Part shown: piece by piece, positions 46,646 through 52,355 of the stretch
How positions within the stretch are numbered: the stretch's first letter is position 1
How the letters are laid out: each line of letters starts with the position of its first letter
Assembly: GCA_040218735.1 (NCBI GenBank)
Contig: JAVJQW010000002.1
Coordinates: 1-52,355, forward strand
DNA length: 52,355 bases
Source: Deltaproteobacteria bacterium
GTDB lineage: Bacteria > Myxococcota > Kuafuiibacteriia > Kuafuiibacteriales > Kuafuiibacteriaceae
Direction: 5' to 3'
Position numbers and translations under genes: made by a program
The notes under the pieces: model-generated
The model's input: the letters and a program-made list of their open reading frames with translations, nothing else
Database searches by the model: none
Told to the model about the DNA's origin: nothing

Positions 46646-48120
46646 GCGACGGGAACGCCGTTCATCGCGTCGCGCGCTTCGGCGAGGCGCGCTTCACTCT
46701 CGGCTTTGACATCGACGAGGGCCACGGCGATCGCGTCGAGGCTCTGGCCGGCGTAGAGGTCCGTCGCGATCGCGCGGAGGTCGTAGGCGCTGACCGAGGC
46801 GACCTCGTGATTGCGGAAGCCGTTGGCGTAACCGAGCACGTCGAGGTGCGCGACGACGCCTTCCGCGATGTCCTCCGGGATGTCGTAGTCGGGCGCGACG
46901 CGACGGATGTCCTCGGCCGTGAGGAGCGAGAGAGCCTCGCCGTCGTGTTCGATCTCGCGGTCCTCCATCGCCGAGGCGAGCATCTGGATCGCGCGGCGTG
47001 TCTCGAGGCGATCCCGTTCGCCGCGCGCCGCGGTGACGGTGGCGTCGAAGGACTCTCCGCCGTCGATCGACTCGGCGATCGTGCGGAGGTCGATCACCGA
47101 CACGGTGTTCGCGCGGGGGTTGCGCGCGCCGTTTGCGTACCCGAGCACGTCGATCGCGTCTGCGATTCGATCGAGCGCGTGCGCGGGGAGGCCCAGCTCG
47201 CTGCCGATCTCGACGACGTCGCTCGCGGTGAGGAAGAAGCGCCGGTCGCCGTCCTCGTCGAGGAACGCCGGGTGCTCCTCGAGGGACGCCGTGCCGAGGT
47301 GGCAGATCGTCTCGAAGGTGTCCGCTTCGATCTGCCCGACCGCTTCGCGCATCAGCTCCGCGTTCCTCCAACCCATGAGCTGATCGAACGGGTTCGTCGC
47401 AGGCGCGCCGCGACCGCCGGGGTGAATCTCGAAGTGCAGGTGCGGGGCGGTGCCGGCGGCGTTGCCGGTGTCGCCGAGCCCGCCGACGTGGGTGCCCGCG
47501 GGGATCGTCGCGCCCACCGCGAGGTCCGGCGCGTGAAACTCGAGGTGCGCGTAGTAGAACGCTGCGCCGGTCTCGGCGTCCTGGAGCCACACCCAGTTGC
47601 CGCCTTTGCCGCCCGAGCCGAAGTCGATCACGACGCTGTCGACCGGCGCGACGAGCGGTGCGCCCTCGGGTCCGAAGATGTCGATGCCGTGGTGCCCGCT
47701 GGTGTGCCGCGCGTCGCTCGGGCGTGAGCCGGTGTAGTCGCTCTCGTGGCTGGGGTCGGCGGCCTGGTCGAAGACGTTCCAGTGCGCGTCGTAGCCGATG
47801 TTGTAGTGGTCGCCGTCGACGATGAAGGTGTTGCCGGGCGGCGTGAGCGCGGCGGCGTCGGCGGCGCACGTCGGGTGGGCGCCGGTGTCCGCGGCGGCCA
47901 CTCCGGCGCCGAGCGGAGCGAGCACGCCGAACGCGAGCCCGCTGACGGCCGCGCGCGCGGCGATCGAGCGGCGGCCGACGCGGTGCCTTCGCGCGCGGTC
48001 ACTCGCCTTGAACGGGGAGAGCAGCCGCCCACGCCCGATACGACGTCGCGCGCGGTTTTGCGTCGGAGCGTTTGTCTCGGAGGTCGTGATCGCCGCGGGG
48101 GCACGTCTGAGGACACGCAT
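46642..48120 (-). CDS. M23 family metallopeptidase with duplicated C-terminal domain
   Basis: HHGID, YYAHL, GDTGNA...PHLHFEIHP; two DVLGYANG repeats; GGAGG RBS. Confidence 0.88.
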   Translation of the reverse strand: MRVLRRAPAAITTSETNAPTQNRARRRIGRGRLLSPFKASDRARRHRVGRRSIAARAAVSGLAFGVLAPLGAGVAAADTGAHPTCAADAAALTPPGNTFIVDGDHYNIGYDAHWNVFDQAADPSHESDYTGSRPSDARHTSGHHGIDIFGPEGAPLVAPVDSVVIDFGSGGKGGNWVWLQDAETGAAFYYAHLEFHAPDLAVGATIPAGTHVGGLGDTGNAAGTAPHLHFEIHPGGRGAPATNPFDQLMGWRNAELMREAVGQIEADTFETICHLGTASLEEHPAFLDEDGDRRFFLTASDVVEIGSELGLPAHALDRIADAIDVLGYANGARNPRANTVSVIDLRTIAESIDGGESFDATVTAARGERDRLETRRAIQMLASAMEDREIEHDGEALSLLTAEDIRRVAPDYDIPEDIAEGVVAHLDVLGYANGFRNHEVASVSAYDLRAIATDLYAGQSLDAIAVALVDVKAESEARLAEARDAMNGVPVA

Positions 48121-48183
48121 CGTCCTCCATGGAACCAACGCGCCCCGCGAAGTGCACTTACGCGCGGGGAGTAAGCGGTGGGT

Positions 48184-49482
48184 TCAGAGCGAGGCGAACG
48201 CTTCGCGCGTGAGGTTTCGGTGTCCGTCGGCGGTGACGAGCACGTTGTCTTCGATGCGAATCCCGCCGAACGGCTTCAGCGCCTCCACGCGATCCCAGTC
48301 GACGTCGTTCCCGCCGTCGCCGTCCTTCAGCTGACCCAGGAGCGTGTCGATGAAATAGAGCCCCGGTTCGATCGTGAACACCTGGCCTTCGGCGATCTTG
48401 CTGGTGTTGCGGAGGAACGGGTTGTCCTCGCGCGGTTGGCTCAGGCGCATCCCGACGTCGTGCACTTGCACGCCGAGGGAGTGCCCGAGCCCGTGCGGGA
48501 AGAGCTTGCGGGTCACGCCGAGCTCCACGGCCGACTCTGCGCTGCCGCGGTACAGGCCCGTCTCGACGAGCAGCGCGCCCATCAACGCGTGCGCGCGATC
48601 GTGCAGCGCTTCGTACTGCATCCCGACCGCGACCGCGTCGACGACCGCGCGCTGCAGGTGGTCCATCCGTTCGATCAGCTCCGCGAACGGCTCCGCGCCG
48701 GGGATCTTCGCGGCGTAGGTGCGCGTGATGTCGGAGCAGTATCCGCGGTGCACGGCGCCCGCGTCGATGAGGAGCGAACGCGACGTGTCCACGGTGCGGT
48801 AGTGGATGTGGTGGAGGATCGCCGCGGCGTCGTTGAGCGCGACGATGTTCTTGTACGGGCACTGCGGATCGTCGAGGCCGGTCGCAGCGAGGTACGCGAG
48901 GTGAATCGCGAGCTCGGACTTCTCACCGGCGAGGAAGGCGTCGCGCGCGGCGACGTGCCCGCGCGCCGCGATGCGGCTCGCCTCCGCCATGCACTCGATC
49001 TCGTACGCGGTCTTGATGGTGCGGCGCTCGTGGAGCATCTCGACGACCGGCGTCGGGTTCGCGTCGGCGCCGAGCGCAGTGGCGATCGCCGCGTCGTGAC
49101 CGACGAACGCGATCCGCCCGCCGCGGACCATCTCGGCGACCTCGTCGAAGGACGACGCTTCGACCACCTCGATCCCGGTGCGGATGAGGTCCCAGTCCGG
49201 CTCTTCGGGGCGCTCCCAGAAGCTGTCGCTGCGCACCACGGCGAGGCGCGGTTTGTCGCCCTTGGTAACGAGGACCGTCGTGTCGGGCCAGTCGACCTTC
49301 GCCCAGTGCTCGACCGCCGGGACGGGGCGGAACGGCCAGTCCTGATCGTCGAACGACGACTTCAGCACGAGGCGCCCGCCGTGAATGGCGAGTTTGTCGT
49401 AGCCGGTTGCGTCGAGGAGCGCGTGGGCGTGGTCGGTCAGGGCGGCGACGTGGTCGCGGTAGAGGTTTTGGAGCGCGGTCAT
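48184..49482 (-). CDS. pepQ: Xaa-Pro dipeptidase (prolidase)
   Basis: FDDQDWPF, LIDAGA...CSDITRT, PHGLGH.LG.QVHDVG, TIEPGLYFI, GGIRIEDNV. Confidence 0.93.
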   Translation of the reverse strand: MTALQNLYRDHVAALTDHAHALLDATGYDKLAIHGGRLVLKSSFDDQDWPFRPVPAVEHWAKVDWPDTTVLVTKGDKPRLAVVRSDSFWERPEEPDWDLIRTGIEVVEASSFDEVAEMVRGGRIAFVGHDAAIATALGADANPTPVVEMLHERRTIKTAYEIECMAEASRIAARGHVAARDAFLAGEKSELAIHLAYLAATGLDDPQCPYKNIVALNDAAAILHHIHYRTVDTSRSLLIDAGAVHRGYCSDITRTYAAKIPGAEPFAELIERMDHLQRAVVDAVAVGMQYEALHDRAHALMGALLVETGLYRGSAESAVELGVTRKLFPHGLGHSLGVQVHDVGMRLSQPREDNPFLRNTSKIAEGQVFTIEPGLYFIDTLLGQLKDGDGGNDVDWDRVEALKPFGGIRIEDNVLVTADGHRNLTREAFASL

Positions 49483-49558
49483 CCGCGGCAGCATCGATGT
49501 GCGACCGGGGCGGGTCAAGCGGTTGCCAACCGCGCCGCCGGCTGTTCGAGTAGGCGCC

Positions 49559-50128
49559 ATGAAGGCCTTCTTCAAGCGCTTCGCGCTGGCCGTGTTCGTG
49601 GTGTTCGTCGTTCTGTACGCGCTCGCCGCGAGCTACTACCTCCCGCGCACCGCGCTGGTCCACGTGACCGGGACGGAGATCAAGCGGCAGGACCTCCAGT
49701 CCAAGGACGGTTCGAAGCAGACGTCCGACGTGCGCTACGTGATGACGAGCCGCGTCGACGACGGCAAGGCGATGGTCTTCAAGAACGAGGACACCGGTTG
49801 GGGGTGGCCGCCGTACTTCAAGTTCGACTCCGGCGACCTGGCCGGCGAGGCGATGAACCTGTCGAAGGACGACGACAAATCGATCGTCCTCGTCACCTAC
49901 TATGGCTGGCGCACGAACCTACTCAGCATGTTCCCGAACGTCGTGTCACTGGAGGAGGTCGGGGAGGGGCACGAGCACATCCCGGTGTTCAACATCGCGT
50001 TCCTGATCTTCTCGATCGTGTTCTTCATCGTGTTGTTCGTGTACGCGCGGAGGCTCGCGCGTTGGCGGCCCGGCAAGAAGAAGGCCGAGGCGGCCCCCGA
50101 GGCCCCCGCCGAAGACGCCTCGCTTTAG
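49559..50128 (+). CDS. DUF1523 family membrane protein
   Basis: NEDTGWGWPPYFKFDS.DL and YGWR...S.FPN motifs; two TM segments. Confidence 0.88.
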   Translation: MKAFFKRFALAVFVVFVVLYALAASYYLPRTALVHVTGTEIKRQDLQSKDGSKQTSDVRYVMTSRVDDGKAMVFKNEDTGWGWPPYFKFDSGDLAGEAMNLSKDDDKSIVLVTYYGWRTNLLSMFPNVVSLEEVGEGHEHIPVFNIAFLIFSIVFFIVLFVYARRLARWRPGKKKAEAAPEAPAEDASL

Positions 50129-50163
50129 GGAAGGCCCGAGGATCCGCCGCGCGTTGGCGGTTC

Positions 50164-50955
50164 ATGACCACGATCCTGCGTCCGACCCTCTTCACGGTGG
50201 CGACCTGCTTCGCCGCCCAGACGGCGGTGGGGGCCTCCCCCGGCTACGTCGCGTCGGAGTACGGCGCGAAGACCGTCTTCGAGGCCATGGAGGAGGGCAC
50301 GCCGGGCGCGCCCGTGCGTTCTGTCGCGCAGCAGCTGTCGTCGAAGCGGCGCTCGAAACACTTCGACAGGGTGTTCGACGACACCGACCGCAAGGCGTTC
50401 CGACGGCTACGGCGCCTCGCGAAGACGCACGGCAAGAAGTCCGGTCGGGTGTTGCGCCGGTTCCCGCCGGTGATGCCGAGTGACCTCGACGTCCTCGGCG
50501 CCCACGGTGTCGGGCGCATCGCGCCGTACCTCGTTGCGAGCGGGCTGAAGCCGACCAAGGTCGCGAAGTACTCGCTGCTGGGGCCCAAGAAGAAGAAGCG
50601 GCGGCACGAGATCACGCGCGTCGCGGATCGTTCGAACGCGTACGTGCGGGTGCAGGACGGCAAGCTGCGCGACGCCTACGTGTGGGCGCACACCGTCGAG
50701 GTCGAGCGCAGCGTCTACGAGACGAAGGACCACATGCTCTTCGTCTACGCGGACGACGGGCGCCTCGACCGGATGTACCGCCTCTCCGAGACCCGTATGG
50801 GGCTCGCGTTGTCGCGCGTGGATCTGACGTGGGGCCCGAACCACGTGACGGGGATCGGTCTTCGCGTGGCCGAGGGGAGCATCGACGACGATCCGATCAC
50901 GTTCTACCGATTGGAACGCCTCGACGCCCCGACGATCGTCGCCGCGCGGAGGTGA
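50164..50955 (+). CDS. Hypothetical exported basic protein
   Basis: Signal-like N-terminus; good codon bias; Lys/Arg-rich. Confidence 0.7.
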   Translation: MTTILRPTLFTVATCFAAQTAVGASPGYVASEYGAKTVFEAMEEGTPGAPVRSVAQQLSSKRRSKHFDRVFDDTDRKAFRRLRRLAKTHGKKSGRVLRRFPPVMPSDLDVLGAHGVGRIAPYLVASGLKPTKVAKYSLLGPKKKKRRHEITRVADRSNAYVRVQDGKLRDAYVWAHTVEVERSVYETKDHMLFVYADDGRLDRMYRLSETRMGLALSRVDLTWGPNHVTGIGLRVAEGSIDDDPITFYRLERLDAPTIVAARR

Positions 50956-50959
50956 CGTC

Positions 50960-51877
50960 GTGCTGCTGCTTCTCCTCGCCGCGAACCTGGGATTCTCCGC
51001 TGGCGTCGAGCCGCTCGACATCGGCGGTCCGGCCGCGGAGCACTCCGCGTCGTCGTGCGGTTCGTGTCACGAGGCGGAGCTCGCGGAGTGGTCGAAGAGT
51101 CGTCACCGGCGCTCGGTCACCAACCGAATCTTCGTCGCGGGGTACGCCGTGGAGTCCGAGGCGCGGTGCATACGCTGTCACGCACCGCTCCCCGAGCAGG
51201 GCGCGGAGGTCGCGCGCGTCCGCCACGACCTCACGGCGCTCCCGACCAAGGCGCTCGCGCGGGAGGGCGTCACCTGCGCCACGTGCCACGTGCGCGACGG
51301 CGAAGCGCACGGCAACGACGCGCTGCAGTCCGACGCGCTGTGCGGCTCGTGCCACGAGTTCACGTTCCACGAGAAGCAGCGCGGGCGCCTCGTGCTCACG
51401 GATCTCCCGATACAGTCGACGTTCTCCGAGTGGCGCAGCTACGCCGCGGCAGGCGGCGAGGGGTCGTGCATTTCCTGCCACATGAAGAACGGCCACGACA
51501 TCCGCGGTGCGCACGACGTCTCGACGTTGCGCGCGGCGCTCCGGATCACCCAGCACCACGACGCGCTCGTGTTCGAGAGCGTGGGGGTCGGGCACGACTT
51601 CCCGACCGGCGACGTGTTCCGCCACGTCACGGTGGAGCTGTCCGACGGGCGCGAGTGGCGCGAGGTCGCGCGGTTCGGTCGGCGGTACGCGCCCGCGCCG
51701 AATGGCGACGGTGGCTATTCGATGGTGCTGGAAGCGAACACCGCGCTTCGTGTCGGTGAGCCGCGGGTCGTCCCGTTTGCGGCGACGGACCAGGCCTACC
51801 GCGTTCGGTACCGGTACAACCGCGAGGGAACGGAGCGCGTCGACATCGCGGTGGCTAGGCTGAGGCCGGTCGGGTAG
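50960..51877 (+). CDS. Multiheme cytochrome c (5 CxxCH, c554-like)
   Basis: CGSCH, CIRCH, CATCH, CGSCH, CISCH; W..S.H and GH.FPTG motifs. Confidence 0.9.
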   Translation: MLLLLLAANLGFSAGVEPLDIGGPAAEHSASSCGSCHEAELAEWSKSRHRRSVTNRIFVAGYAVESEARCIRCHAPLPEQGAEVARVRHDLTALPTKALAREGVTCATCHVRDGEAHGNDALQSDALCGSCHEFTFHEKQRGRLVLTDLPIQSTFSEWRSYAAAGGEGSCISCHMKNGHDIRGAHDVSTLRAALRITQHHDALVFESVGVGHDFPTGDVFRHVTVELSDGREWREVARFGRRYAPAPNGDGGYSMVLEANTALRVGEPRVVPFAATDQAYRVRYRYNREGTERVDIAVARLRPVG

Positions 51878-51984
51878 CGACCGGTCCGAAGACCGTGCCA
51901 AGCGCGGGCCGCGAAGCGGACCGTGCGTCATGGCCTCTAGGCTCAATGCCGTTCACTTCGCAGACGGGCCTGACTCGACCCCCA

Positions 51985-52285
51985 TCAGGCGGCGAGGGGC
52001 GCCTCGACGGAAGGCAGCGCGCCGGCGACGCGGAGCGACTCGTCCCACGTGCGCCGTTTCGCCGGGCTGGTGAGGGAGGGGGTCCGCGGACCGCAGTGCT
52101 CCGAAGGAGGGCCGCGCTCTCGAAACATCGGCTGGTATCGCTCTCACGAACTGCCCTCCGCACGTGCCGGTGGCGCCGGATGCGTTTCAGGCCGAGTAGG
52201 CTCCGGAATCGAGCCTGGCCTGGTCCGGGTGGAGCGGCGCTCGTGAACCCTCCGATCGATGAGGGCGTGACCCGCTCTGGGTCAT
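51985..52285 (-). pseudogene. Probable internally deleted, decayed copy of the left-end HNH-type gene
   Basis: Same ATG ACC CAG start context as 623; that frame stops after about 32 codons; another frame reads HVRRAVRESDTSRCF, like the 'HVRRAVWERD..RC.F' lead-in of HNH domains. Confidence 0.5.
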
Positions 52286-52351
52286 GCAAGACAGGTTGCA
52301 AGCGTTCGGGCTCATGCATCGAAGGTGTCATCGAGCCCTCGCAACGCGATT
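52276..52351. repeat. 76-bp direct repeat, copy 2
   Basis: 71/76 identical to 614-689, same orientation, offset 51,662 bp. Confidence 0.95.
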
Positions 52352-52355
52352 TGGC

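Noticed and set aside
51886-51902. TTGGCACG sigma-54 -24-like box on the minus strand
   Set aside because: No GC at the -12 position and no downstream gene in that orientation.

Overview
A GC-rich window whose gene content (Hanks-type kinase, FHA-sigma54 activator, Mts-like VWA lipoprotein, many Cys-rich lipoproteins, DUF1592/DUF1552 pair) suggests a myxobacterium or related Myxococcota. That taxonomic call is inferred. About 40 CDSs are supportable. They include a SET-domain protein, a 2100-aa alpha-2-macroglobulin and a REC-REC-GGDEF-EAL protein. There is also a VWA/Cys-rich lipoprotein operon, a kinase/FHA-EBP/PP2C signalling triad, trxB, pldA, pepQ, two M23 peptidases, a MoaD/ThiS + BNR-propeller pair and c-type cytochromes. 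A Fur-box-preceded operon encodes DUF4856, imelysin, HTTM (gamma-carboxylase-like) and TonB-receptor proteins. I saw no tRNA, rRNA or CRISPR array. The strongest non-annotated signal is at the two window ends, which carry copies of the same element. A DUF222/HNH-type gene, missed by the ORF track, is truncated at the left edge. Its 76-bp start/upstream segment recurs at the right edge (71/76 identical), in front of what looks like an internally deleted, decayed copy. All family calls come from motif recognition by eye; no database search was run.
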